Source: Octopus sinensis (taxonomy: Eukaryota). From it: DNA of 64,000 bases. The DNA is taken from the NCBI RefSeq assembly GCF_006345805.1, contig NC_043009.1, forward strand, positions 44,268,001 through 44,332,000, in the 5' to 3' direction. A model generated the notes under the pieces. That model saw only the letters and a program-made list of their open reading frames with translations, was not told the DNA's origin and did no database searches. The position numbers and the translations under genes were made by a program. Below are positions 36,647 to 47,943 of this stretch, piece by piece; position 1 is the first letter of the stretch; each line of letters opens with the position of its first letter.

Positions 36647-37112
36647 ACAATGTGCTAATGAGTCTGCCAGCTTGCTGCCTTAATGATAATAATAATAATA
36701 ATAATAATCCCTTCTACTATAGGCACAGGGCCTGAAATTTTGGGGAGGGTGGATAGTTGATTACATTGATCCCAGTACTCAACTGCTACTTAATCTTATC
36801 TTAAACCCCCGGAGGATGAAAGGTAAAATTGTCCTCAGCAGAATTTGAACTCCGAGCATAAAGATGGATGAAATGCTGTTAAGCACTTTGTCCAATGTGC
36901 TAACAGTTCTGCCAGTTTGTTGCCTTAACAGCAATAACAATAATAATGGTTTTAAATTTGGGCACAAGGCCAATAATTGTTGGAGAGGATGCATGTTGAT
37001 TACATTGACCCCCAGTGCTCAACTGGTATTCATTCTATTGACTCGAAAGCATGAAAGGCAAAGTCAACCTCAGCAGCATTTGAACTCAGAACATAAAGAC
37101 AGATGTAATACC

Positions 37113-37331
37113 TATTTCTTTATTACCCACAAGGGGCTAAACACAGAGGGGACAAACAAGGAAAGACATAGGTATTAAGTTGATTACATCGACCCCCAGT
37201 GCGTAACTGGTACTTAATTTATCGACCCCGAAAGGATGAAAGGCAAAGTCGACCTCGGCGGAATTTGAACTCACAACGTAATGCAGACGAAATACCGCTA
37301 AGCATTTCGCCCGGCGTGCTAATGTTTCTGC
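37113..37331 (-). mobile_element. Young CpG-rich SINE-B variant with 13-bp TSD
   Basis: TSD CAGATGTAATACC at 37100-37112 and 37332-37344; many intact CpGs. Confidence 0.88.
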
Positions 37332-37837
37332 CAGATGTAATACCGCTAAGCCTTTTGTCTGATGCACTAATCATTCTGCCAGCTTGCCGCTGTTAATAAT
37401 AATAATAATGATGATGATGATGATTTCGAATTTTTGCCACAAAGGCAGCTTGGGGGAGGGGGGATTAAGTCGATTGCATCAACCCCAGTGCGTACTTATT
37501 TAATCGAGCCTGAAAGGATGATCGGCAAAGTTGACCTTGGCAGAATTTCAACTCAGAACATAATGATGGATGAAATACTGCTAAGCATTTTGCCCAGTAT
37601 GCTAACAATTCTTCCAGCTTGCTGCCATTCTGATAACTATAATTAATTCTGACAAAGCCTGAAAATTACTGGGAGGTAAACGACTGTATTGACCTCATTA
37701 CTTGACTGGTACTTCATCAACCCCAGATAGATGAAAGCAGAAGTTGAACTCAGAACATAAAAAAAGTCAGAGCAAGTACAGCAGGATGCTTTTAGAATTC
37801 TGTCAAATCAACCAGTGTTATGTAATAATTATAATCT

Positions 37838-38070
37838 AAGGTGGCAAGCTGCCAGAACTGTTAGCATGCTGGGCAAAATGCTTCGCAGTATTTCATCTGT
37901 CTCTACATTCTTCCGCCAAAGTCGACTTTGCTTTTCATCCTTTCAGGGTCGATAAATTAAGTACCAGTTGCCTACTGAGGTTGATCTAATTGACTAGCCC
38001 TCTCCCCCACACACTCCCAAAAAATTTCAGGCCTTTTGCCTAGAGTAGAAAAGAATAATAATAATAATAA
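37838..38070 (+). mobile_element. SINE-B, opposite orientation to the array
   Basis: AAGGTGGCAAGCTGCCAGAA head, GTAGAAAAGAATAATAAT tail. Confidence 0.8.
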
Positions 38071-38899
38071 TAATCTAGTAGAAAAAGAAATATATTATGC
38101 AAAAACATTGCAAGAAAGTAATAAAATATTGTGCTGCAGTATAATTGCACTGTAATTTACATTTGTACTATTTTCCATCTCTCTTTGCTTCCTTGTAATG
38201 CTGGTTACAGCGTTTTGTTGGTAGAGAAGTTTTGGCATTAATTGTGGCGTTTTACAAATAATTTTCCACCTAATTTGTTTCGCATTATTAATAGACAATA
38301 CATGATTGCAATTTATTTCCCGTATTACAGCATTTGCTGGAGACCTGTTTCTGTTTTTTTCCTTTTTTTCCGTTTTTTTTTTTAGTTTTTGTTTACTTTT
38401 TGGTAATTATTTTCTGTTTGATAATTAAAATATTTTATGCTTGCTATGGCTTTGAGCATATGCGTGTATGTGCTTTAGTGTCTGTGTATATGCAAAATAA
38501 GGTAGTCTCGTATGTGTGTGTGTGTGTGTAATGTTTGCATGGGTGCACCGATCAGGCAGGCTTAGAATGAATACCCACCATTTATGTGTTTATGGTTGGT
38601 GTTTTGCTGTTGCTGCTACTACTACTGTGGATTGCCTGAATCATTAGTATTAGAAAATATGCTATGCAATATTTATTCTTGCTCTTTACATTCTGAGTTC
38701 AAATCCAGGTCATCGAGGTCAATAGTGTCTTTCATCGTCAGCAAAATAAAGTCTCAGTTTAGGGGTTAATTAAATCAACTTTTCCCTTCTCTAAAGCACT
38801 CTGGCCCTGTGTGGTCACTGCTGTTGCTAAATCCATTTATTGCAGAGAAGTGCGCTGATAGCCTGCTCCTCTCGGTCATTGATTCATCAAGAATATTAA

Positions 38900-39270
38900 A
38901 TAGGCGTAGGCACAGTTGTTAAGAAGTTTGATTCACAACCACATGGTTTTGGGTTCAGTCTCAGGGTGTGGTACCTTGAGTAAGTGCCTTGTACGGACCA
39001 ATGCATGTGAGCAGATTTGGTTGACAGAAACTGTAGGAACCTTGTCGTGTGTGTGTGTACGTCCATATGTACAATTCTTAGGTATTCCATGTTTATCATT
39101 GCTTGAGCAAAACAGTGTTGATGTTTATATTACCTGTTGATGTCTTCTTTCAAAGAACCTGTGGAATAAGCAATTAAGGATTTAGCAACAGGCAAAGCAT
39201 CCAGCCATAAAATCCTGTCTCAAGTCCCCACCCAAACCCATGCTAGTATGGGAAAAACAGACTTTAAATG
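38900..39270 (+). mobile_element. SINE family E, decayed
   Basis: TAGGCGTAGG...AACCACATGGTTTTGGGTTCAGTC; GCATCCAGCCATAAAA; CCCATGCTAGTATGG. Confidence 0.6.
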
Positions 39271-39394
39271 AACACTCAAAGACCCAATGCATTTATATGT
39301 TTCTGAACACTTGCAGAGCTTTTTTTCTAAAACATACAGATGCTCTTCTCCATTGGTATTATTTCAGCTAATTTTTCTCCCTGATGATCTAAAT

Positions 39395-39697
39395 CAGTGG
39401 TTCTTAACCTTTTACATCATCTTACTCTATGAGCTATGAGACTCTCCAGGGTATTACTGTGACTCCTATACTAAATTTTGTAATGGTCTTTGAACACAAA
39501 GCGCCATGAGAATCATGGAGCAGGAGCAAAGCACATACAATCATGATACTGCTAGCAGCTGCAATACAGCAATACAACTGCAATGCAGTACCTCAAATAC
39601 ATGAAATAAATGACTTTCTCCCAAACCTTCTGTGATGCACCCGAGAAACCCCAAATGACTTCCTCAGAGGTCAGTACTCCCAGGTTAAGAACTGCTG
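39395..39697. mobile_element. hAT (Charlie-like) MITE
   Basis: TIRs CAGTGGTTCTTAACCT / AGGTTAAGAACTGCTG; perfect 8-bp TSD ATCTAAAT (39387-39394, 39698-39705). Confidence 0.9.
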
Positions 39698-40084
39698 ATC
39701 TAAATTACATGAATGTGTACAGGATGATACACCTGTATGCAGCTAAATGTAGAAATTTTTCAACAAAGCATTAAATTGCAACCGAAGAATATTTACATAA
39801 GTCCTGTAACAGTTACGCTATGATATCGCTTATACATAAGAAATGGTTTGTAAGATTTTCCTTGTTTCAAATAATTGAGTTTTGCTGATACAACATTGAT
39901 TTTTACAACATATTGACAAAAGTGTAAGTTAACATAGGAATAAGGTTCTTTTAGTTACCTGTTTTTCACATCTCTATACTGCATTTCTAGTTTTGGTTTT
40001 ATGACCTGTGACTTTTAGTTGTAACAAAGGGAACATCATGAACTGATTCCTAATAACTATATTGTTGATAACACCTAGAAGAAG

Positions 40085-40627
40085 GTGCTTCTTTCCATTC
40101 ACCAAAGTGAATGGAGCTGATGTCATCAGACAGTATCCAACTTTCATTGGGTGTTTTGACCCTGTACTGAGCCACCCTCCTGCTGGTGGATCAGCAGAAT
40201 TGGCCAAATCACTGCCCATCATCTTATCCTGGCATCTACTTTAACTTATTTCTTTTGCTCCATAGCCAGTAACTGGCTCTTTCTGCTGCCTCTCCCAGTC
40301 ATTACACAGCCACCCTTTGCACTTTTCCTCTCATTCCAATGGCTGAAAGCATCCTCTGTACCAATTGGGCAGGGAATCACATACAGCCAACATTAACTGG
40401 GAAAAGCCATAACTGCCATCTCTTCTCCCTGCAATCCTGCAGAAGGCTCTCATACTTGGCATGCTTCTGTTCATAGGTTTGATCACACCCTTCTTCCCAC
40501 AAGATAGCTCAATCAAGAATATTTTCCTTACCTTTTCTGACTACAGAACTACATTTGGCCTCAGGGATGTATGGATGACCTGTGAAAACTGCAGTCTTTC
40601 CTCCAGTTTCACTTTCATATCCCATGA
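40085..40627 (-). pseudogene. 3' fragment of an RLE-endonuclease non-LTR retrotransposon (HERO/NeSL/R2 group)
   Basis: Reads WDMKVKLEERLQFSQVIHTSLRPNVVL*SEKVRKIFLIELS/WEEGCDQTYEQKHAKYESLLQDCREKRW..FPVNVGC..EAAERASYWLWSKR, with stops and a frameshift; matches the LRPD..ELTVPWE..K..KY..EVGCRG..ERASRWLW motif. Confidence 0.85.
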
Positions 40628-40813
40628 ATTTATTCCTAATAACTATATATAATGTGTGTCTCAGCATTCGTTCATAAAGTTTGTGTTGTTAATTTGTAAA
40701 CTGTTTGCTTTTTTGTTTTGTCCTCTCTCATTGCTTGTTCTCCAATATATAAATTTGTATATATGTCTGACCATAGTGGCTCTTAATATTATAAAATAAA
40801 TGTAAGGTTACAG

Positions 40814-41056
40814 CAATGTTTCTCAACCATTTTTTACCTCTGGACTCCTTTTGATTCTTATTTTATTAGGGTAAGTTCCTCAGCAATTCACTGTTCAAAA
40901 AATTTTTTATACATTATTATAATTAAATACTATTCGGAATTGTATAAAAAAAATTGTGAAAATATTGTGGAAGTATAACTAATATATTGCACAAGAATTT
41001 TAACAACTGGGTTCATATGTCTCCAAGGGCATATGGACTCCAGTTGAGAATCACTG
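40814..41056. mobile_element. hAT MITE, older
   Basis: TIRs CAATGTTTCTCAACC / AGTTGAGAATCACTG; 8-bp TSD GGTTACAG / GGCTACAG. Confidence 0.75.
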
Positions 41057-41075
41057 GGCTACAGGTTTTTTAAAA

Positions 41076-41426
41076 CTCTTTATTTGTTTCAGCTTTTATA
41101 CTGCAGCCATGCTGAGACAACCCTTGAAGGGTTCAGTGAAGCAAATTGACCCTAGTACTTATTTTTAAACCCGGCACTTATTCTGTTGGTCTCTTTGTTT
41201 GCAAACTGCTAAGTTATGGGGATGTAAACAAACCAGCACTGAGTTTCAAATAGTGATGAGGACATAGACACACACACATGCATGATGGGTTTATTTTAGT
41301 TTCCATCAACCAAATCCACTCAAGGCTTTGGTTGACTCAAAGCTAAAGTAGCAGACACTTATCATGCAGTGCAATTGAACCCAAGACCACATGGTTGGGA
41401 AGCAAACTTCTTAACCACACAGCCAC
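41076..41426 (-). mobile_element. SINE family A
   Basis: CTTCTTAACCACACAGCCAC head and GCAGCCATGCTG tail. Confidence 0.8.
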
Positions 41427-42084
41427 AACTTTTGTTTTTCTTTCTTTTTTTATTTAATACTAGCTGAGTCTGGTGGATGGGTCAGTGCTTGCTCTTGATC
41501 TTTGTAGGTCCTTCCTGATCAGTGCACTCGATACTGTTAATGTTCTGTCAGCATTGTTGCTGGTCAACTCCTACAGGAAAGACATGAGTAAGGAGGAGAT
41601 TCCAGAGGGATAATATTCTGGAGAGGAACGAAATGTGTAGAGTGTGAGATGGAGGAGGGGTGGTGCCAAGTGAGCATTTAGATGTGTGATCTTAAGTGGG
41701 CAAAAAAACCCAACTTTTTTATAGTGTAATTAAACAGTTTATAGTTGATTTATAAGTGGATACTTATTCGTAGGTTTTCTATCTGTCCTCAGCTGACACA
41801 TTATTTCTTGGGCTATAAGATTTAACACATTACATAGAAATTGTATTGTAAGATTGATCCTTAAGGTCACCAGTATCCGAACAGTAAAGAGTCTCTTATA
41901 TATTAACTATTCTGTGATCAGCTGCAATAATAGGGGTTTCTTTCCTGCAGATCTTGACATATAACTTACGATATCAGTCAGGGCTGTTCTTTGTACCAGT
42001 GTCTGTTGGGAATATTCTAGTCTAAGTTACTATTAGCACATCAGTTCATTGATATAGCTGTAGGGATGTAAGCAGCAAGATTAA

Positions 42085-42305
42085 CCTTTTAATATCAACC
42101 CAGCTGAAACCGCTTCTGGCTCTGTAGTACAAATGTCTTGTTTTCAAAAGTTCTGAATTAAAATCTTCCACCAAACCTTAGTTACAATTTATGTTCCTAA
42201 CACTAGCTTAATTATAACTTAAGTTATTTTACTAAATTCTTTGTTATATTTAATATTAATTGAAAGAAACACAGAGCATCCTTACAGAATATGGTAATAA
42301 AAGGG
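42085..42305 (+). mobile_element. piggyBac-like MITE, family Q
   Basis: TTAA at 42081-42084 and 42306-42309; highly similar to 55566-55785. Confidence 0.88.
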
Positions 42306-43162
42306 TTAAAGCAATACTTGACCACAATTACTTTAAGTGGTCACTTGTTAGCACAGCATAAGATTTCTTCCCTCATTCTTTGTGTTGAGTTGCCTGTTTG
42401 ATGCCTAAAATTCTTTAGAAGTGGCTTTGATGAAAAAACCTTCAGTTAATGAGTCTGGCAGCTGCAGTTCTTTGTTCATTATTCACATTATTCCTTTCAG
42501 ACTTTGTGTGATATTTAGTTTGATTTGTAATTATATAAATATAATACACCACCACCATCATCATCACATCTATTTTCCCCCCTGCCTGCTCATGTGGCTT
42601 GGACGGGTTTATCACAAATCCTTATTCAGAATAACAGCCCTCTTAGGGACTGTGGCAGTGGCGTGTCCAGTTTGTGACAATTTATGTGCAGGGTTGCATT
42701 GGTATAGTTTTTTTTTTGTTTGTTTTTGTTTTTGTCTTGGATTTCTTGTAAAGAAGCAAAATTAGAGTTAAAGTACATGAAACATTGTCCCAAGGGCATT
42801 AATGAAGTAAATGAAATGAATTGGTTACCATCTCTAATTTAGGGTATTCAGTTATGTTATTAGTACTCTCCTGTAGGTATGGCTGTGTAGTTGGGAAGTT
42901 TTACCTTGTAACCACATATTCCTAGAACTGATTCCACAAGTGTTTTCTATCATTGCCTTTGATGCATCAAAGCCTCTGAGGTACATTTGGTAGATAGGAA
43001 TCCTCTGTGTGTGTATGTGTGTTGGCAAGGAATCATAACATTGTTACAGCAAGCAAAAATAGCTTGTGGGAAATGGAGACAAAAATAAGCATTTAGTAAT
43101 TCATAAGATTTGAAATATCATTTGAAAATCATTTTTTAGCTGATCAAAAACTGGAAGTATCA

Positions 43163-43976
43163 AAGTTGGTACAAAAATAATTGTGATTTTTAACAGTGAC
43201 ATTTGAAGACAATACTACTACTTCTCCATTCAAAATAAATTTTATTTTTTGAAATAATTACCATTAGAGTCTACTCCATTTTTGCCATAATGAAATAAGT
43301 ATTCTGATAGCATAGAATTCTGGAGTCCTGGAATTGATGTATTCTTTAAAGGTATTTTGAGGTGCTGGTTAGTTGTTAAAAAATCTTTTGAAGTTATCAA
43401 GATGCTTGAAAACATGGTATGAAGTTGGAGAGTTTTGGAGCCCAGTTTTTCCCAGTTCCTGCAGAACCATTGTGAAATGTGGTCAGCTGCTGTGATGGAG
43501 AGGAATCTATCCTTTTTGATTGGTTAATGCTAGATATGTTGTAGTTCTTGATAAATTTTTGTCAATTTCCTAGAATATCTCTTTACTGTGTTGGTTCACC
43601 AAGATTCATAGAATATTAGTGGATGATTCCACTTTCCAATTACCAAACTGACCATAACTTTTTTCAATGTAGTTTCAGTTTGGGAAAGTGTTTTGACACT
43701 TCGCCTTGTCTCAGCCACTGCACACAATGCCCTTAGGTGCTGTATAGAATCTTTTTTCGTTACATCACAACACAATGTAAAAAAAAGATTATATTGCACA
43801 ACAGAAGTGAAGAACAGACTTCACATGCTAGAAACATATTTTTAAAAATTCAGTCTGGTTGGTATTCATTATTGAAATCTTTTATGCCGTCCAGAATAGT
43901 GCAAATGTTGAATGGTGACTGTTTAATTCTTCTGCAACCTTTCAAGTTGTTTTGTACAGGTCCACTTCAATGATAA
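43163..43976 (-). pseudogene. Decayed mariner transposase, Hsmar1-like (cecropia subfamily), 3' part with right TIR
   Basis: - strand fragments IIEVDLYKTT*KVAEELN, QWLRQGEVSKHFPK, YHVFKHLDNF, SRTPEFYA..WQK..VDSNGNYF; TIR-like AAGTTGGTACAAAAATAATTGTGATTTT at 43163-43191. Confidence 0.88.
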
Positions 43977-44054
43977 GAGTCTTCAGGCTCCAGGCTGACC
44001 AAAGCCTTGCGAGTGGACTTGGTAGGTGGAAAACTGAAGGGAGCCCGGTGACCT

Positions 44055-44250
44055 CAGTAATGTCAGTGGCACGAAAAGAGTACCCAGTACACACTTAAGT
44101 GGTTGGTGTTAGGAAGGATATCTAGCTATAGAAACCATGTCAGTGCTGACATTGGACCTCAATGCAGCCCTGCAGCTTGCCAGATCCCAGATCTTATCAA
44201 ACTGTCCAACCCATGCTAGCATAGAAAACTGACATTAAATGATAATGATA
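44055..44250 (+). mobile_element. Family C 3' end
   Basis: GGTTGGTGTTAGGAAGG...CCAACCCATGCTAGCATAGAAAACTGACATTAAATGAT. Confidence 0.75.
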
Positions 44251-44269
44251 ATGATGATGATGTGTGTGT

Positions 44270-44470
44270 GTGTGTGTGTATGTATTTGTATCTCCTTGTC
44301 TTGACATTACGTGATAGTTGTAAATGATAGTCACAGCGGTGTCATTAATTTCCAGTATTGTGTGTGAACATGTTTCACTTTGGAGAAATATTACCTTCAT
44401 TGGAAACGGGTGAGGGTCTGTGACTGGAACAGCATCTGACTGTTGTAAACCTGCCGCAATAAGTACTGTC
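44270..44470 (+). mobile_element. SINE-E 3' part
   Basis: CCTTGTCTTGACAT...GGAGAAATATTACC...GGAAACGGGTGAGGG. Confidence 0.6.
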
Positions 44471-45128
44471 ATATCCACCAAAATTAGAACACTGGTGATG
44501 ACTCTCCTGATACGCAAAAGCCATTCCTCTACCATTTGTCTTAATATAAACATTATACAGATAATTGTTTTAATTGCAATTAACTGACATAATTTTAATA
44601 TGCTGTCCTATAATATTTCGATAGATACAAATGATCTACAGTTAACTATATTTTTCTAACCATGTTTTAAGTTTTAGTACACTGTAAATAGTATAATTTC
44701 AAATACATGCTCATCTCTTGCTAAATTATCTATTTGCTTAAATTTTTTTCTTTCTTTTTGCTCTTTCTCTTATTTTTAGAACCAAAAGGCGAAATTGTAG
44801 CCAGCAGTTTCTCAAATTCCTTCACCTATCTAAATTTAGTCTTTTGAACAAGGCGGAGTCTGTTCTCTTTTAGATAAATATTTATTCATAGCAATGTTGT
44901 TTTGTTCTCACTAACATTTTCAGATCACATTTAAAGTTAATCTCTCTTACAATCTCACCCCACTCTTATGTGATCACTACCTTTTTTTTTTTTTTTCTTA
45001 ACAGATAAGATTATTAGAAAAGAGATTGTGTGTTCTGACTTTAAAAGTGTGTAGTGTTTAAGTTTTTAATAGAGCAAAAAAAAAAAAAAAATTCACATTT
45101 ATTGTTGTTACATTGTCCAATTTGAATT

Positions 45129-45175
<47 letters not shown>

Positions 45176-45419
45176 CTTAATTAATCAACTATTTTTTGTG
45201 GTATTGGTTGCAGTATCGGACTGTTTCTTCTCCCTCACCCATATTGTTCTTGTTTGGACAGGTTTGAATTACAGCAACTGCAAAATGTCTTCTTGGTCTT
45301 GTATTATCTTTATACGTTCTAACTTTGTCAGGTTTTCTATGACTGCTACTTCTCAGAACATTCCGGGTCTGCTTTGACTATAGCTGTTTTGTGCTAACAT
45401 TACTGATATAGCTGAAGTG

Positions 45420-45585
45420 GTTGTTGTTATTGTTTAGCCCTAGGCCTATAATCAGTTATTCTAGCCATGACCATTATGATGTCTTTCTAGACTTGCTTTA
45501 TCTTTCTTTTAAGACAGTAAAATAAGATGTGAGGGAGATTTGGTTAGTATTTCTAGCAAGCTGGGTCATCCTGTAGAAGTTATGT
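45420..45585 (-). mobile_element. SINE-like family D
   Basis: GTTGTTATTGTTTAGCCCTAGG...GAGGGAGATTTGG...ATTTCTAGCAAG. Confidence 0.6.
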
Positions 45586-45633
45586 TGTTGATGCATTTCA
45601 TTTTGTTAGTTTCCAGCCCTACTGTATTGCATG

Positions 45634-45676
<43 letters not shown>

Positions 45677-45985
45677 TTGGTGTCTCGCTATGCCATCTTC
45701 CCAATGAAACTCGTTTTTTCCCCAAACTTTTTCTCAAACCTGCTATAATGTAATATATGTCTTTGGTGTGGTAATTGTACGTGGCTGACGAAGGCTGTTG
45801 ACCTACATGTTATATCAATTATGCATTGATATAAATTGTTCAATAAAGCCAGAAACATATGTACCGCAAAACCCTTTGCATCCTGTTTTTCTTTTGATAT
45901 ATGTCACTGTATCAACCAGACTATCAGATGTGCTATACATTGCTGGTCATAATCCAATTCCTTGCATTGTTGTTTCTTTTGAGTG

Positions 45986-46190
45986 ATGCCACCCTGCTGA
46001 TTAGGCAAATAGGCCAACATTCCCCTTGAAAAAAGACACCAGTCCATTGCAAAGTTACCATTTCACAACTGAGTGGACAGGAGCAATGAGAAGTAGTTTG
46101 CTTGACACAATGCACTATTAGCCTAGGAAGTGAAACTGCAATCGTACAACCAAGAGTGCAGTCCCAAAGCATTAGACCACATACCTTCAC
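45986..46190 (-). mobile_element. Decayed SINE family H
   Basis: - strand CATTGCTCCTGTCCACTCAG...TTGCAATGGACTGG, same architecture as 27818. Confidence 0.55.
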
Positions 46191-46424
46191 TATATAGATA
46201 TAGCTGGTGGCATTTTTAAGACATGGTTGCCATAAGACAATAACATTGTGTACTGACTATCATAATTGCTCATTTAGCTGTCGTTTCTAGCTCTTCTGTA
46301 TTTCATAAATATATATAGCTGTGTGTGTGTGTTTTTAAAAACTTGGTTTTCGTGACAGGAGAACTACAGGTCTGAGATTGAGGGCTTTCTTTCCTTGTAA
46401 TCAGCTTGTACCTTTATAAGTAAT

Positions 46425-46808
46425 GGATGGAAGCACTCCGTCGGTTACGACGATGAGGGTTCTTGGTTGATCCGAATAAACGGAACAGCCTGCTCGTGAA
46501 ATTAATGTGTAAGTGGCTGAGCACTCCACAGACACGTGTACCCTTAACGTAGTTCTCGGGGATATTCAGCATGACACAGAGTGTGACAAGGCTGGCCCTT
46601 TGAAATACAGGTACAACAGAAACAGGAAGTAAGAGTGAGAGAAAGTTGTGGTGAAAGAGTACAGCAGGGATCACACCATCCCTGCCGAGAGCCTCGTGGA
46701 GCTTTAGTGTTTCGCTCTAAAACACTCACAACGCCCGGTCTGGGAATCGAAGCCGCGATCCTTGACCGCGAGTCCGCTGCCCTAACCACTGGGCCATTGC
46801 GCCTCCAC
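46425..46808 (-). mobile_element. Young tRNA(Arg)-like SINE family F with 11-bp TSD
   Basis: Head GTGGAGGCGCAATGGCCCAGTGGTTAGGGCAGCGGACTCGCGG..GCTTCGATTCC (A and B boxes); TSD TTATAAGTAAT at 46414-46424 and 46809-46819; CpGs intact. Confidence 0.93.
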
Positions 46809-47081
46809 TTATAAGTAATAATATCTTAGAGAGAGAAAGTGAGTGTGTGTGTATGTGTGTAATGAATAGTAGTTTGTGGAGGAAAAATTAAATCCTTTTA
46901 TTTAAGTAATGACTGAACTTTTTAAAATATTCTCTAACCTGTAATTGTATATGACACATTCTTCTTTGTAATCATAACATTGTCATCATAACCTCCATTG
47001 TGTCAAGGTTATCACAACAAATAATAATTATTACCTTTGTCTGTGTGTCAGTCTCATTGCCGTAAATGTTATTTACTGTTC

Positions 47082-47381
47082 GGTGGCTTAGTGCTTAAGG
47101 TATTCTGCTCACGATCATAAGGCCATGAGTTTGAATCCTGGTTTCACATTGTGTCCTTGAGCAAGACACTTGACTTCACATTGCTCCAGCCCACTCAGCT
47201 GACAAAAATGAGTACTACCTGTATTTCAAAGGGCCAGCCTTGTCACATTCTGTGTCTCACTGAATCTGAGAACTAACATTACGGATACACATCTCTGGAG
47301 TGGTCAGTTAATTTCACGAGCAGGGTGTTTTGTTGACCGGGTCAACTGGAACACTAGTCATTGTAACCGATAGAATGTCAG
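47082..47381 (+). mobile_element. SINE family G (H-type head and core, F-type 3' half)
   Basis: GTGTCCTTGAGCAAGACACTT CORE-like box; CCTGTATTTCAAAGGGCCAGCCTTGTCAC...TTAATTTCACGAGCAGG shared with family F. Confidence 0.8.
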
Positions 47382-47400
47382 TTCATATATTGTTTCATTA

Positions 47401-47770
47401 CTTACTTTTACTTGTTTCAGTCATTTGACTGCGGCCATGCTGGAGTACCGCCTTTAGTCGAGCAAATTAACCCCGGGACTTATTCTTTGTAAGCCCAGTA
47501 CTTATTCTATCGGTCTCTTTTGCCGAACCGCTAAGTGACGGGGACATAAACACAACAGCATTGGTTGTTAAGCAATGCTAGGGGGACAAACAAACACACA
47601 TATATACGACAGGCTTCTTTCAGTTTCCGTCTACCAAATCCACTCACAAGGCATTGGTCGGCCCGGGGCTATAGCAGAAGACACTTGCCCAAGATGCCAT
47701 GCAGTGGGACTGAACCTGGAACCATGTGGTTGGTTAGCAAGCTACTTACCACACAGCCACTCCTGCGCCT
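47401..47770 (-). mobile_element. Full-length SINE family A
   Basis: Intact head and tail; probable 7-bp TSD TTCATTA (47394-47400, 47772-47778). Confidence 0.92.
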
Positions 47771-47864
47771 ATTCATTATTCATGTTCTGTCTTCTTGACA
47801 TTTATTTTCAGCTGTCTTTTGTAGGGCACTTTTATTTCCAATGACATTACTATCAAGTAGTACT

Positions 47865-47884
47865 CTCTCTCTCTCACACACACA

Positions 47885-47943
<59 letters not shown>

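Larger units (their letters stand above)
34965..37800 (-). repeat. Head-to-tail array of about 11 SINE-B units separated by (AAT)n
   Basis: Repeated GATGAAAGGCAAAG, TTTGAACTCAGAAC and TTCTGCCAGCTT motifs about every 230-250 bp with AAT runs between units. Confidence 0.9.

Noticed and set aside
34965-37800. Regularly spaced repeats that might suggest a CRISPR-like array
   Set aside because: Units are ~220-bp SINE copies with microsatellite linkers; no short repeat/unique spacer structure and no cas genes
40095-40150. AAAAC...CTGATGA in the RLE element 3' UTR (- strand), hammerhead-like
   Set aside because: GAAA is mutated and I could not form stems I-III by eye; would need a consensus-level test
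46720-46808. tRNA-like sequence on the - strand
   Set aside because: It is the head of a TSD-flanked SINE, lacks a proper acceptor stem and continues into the SINE body; not a tRNA gene
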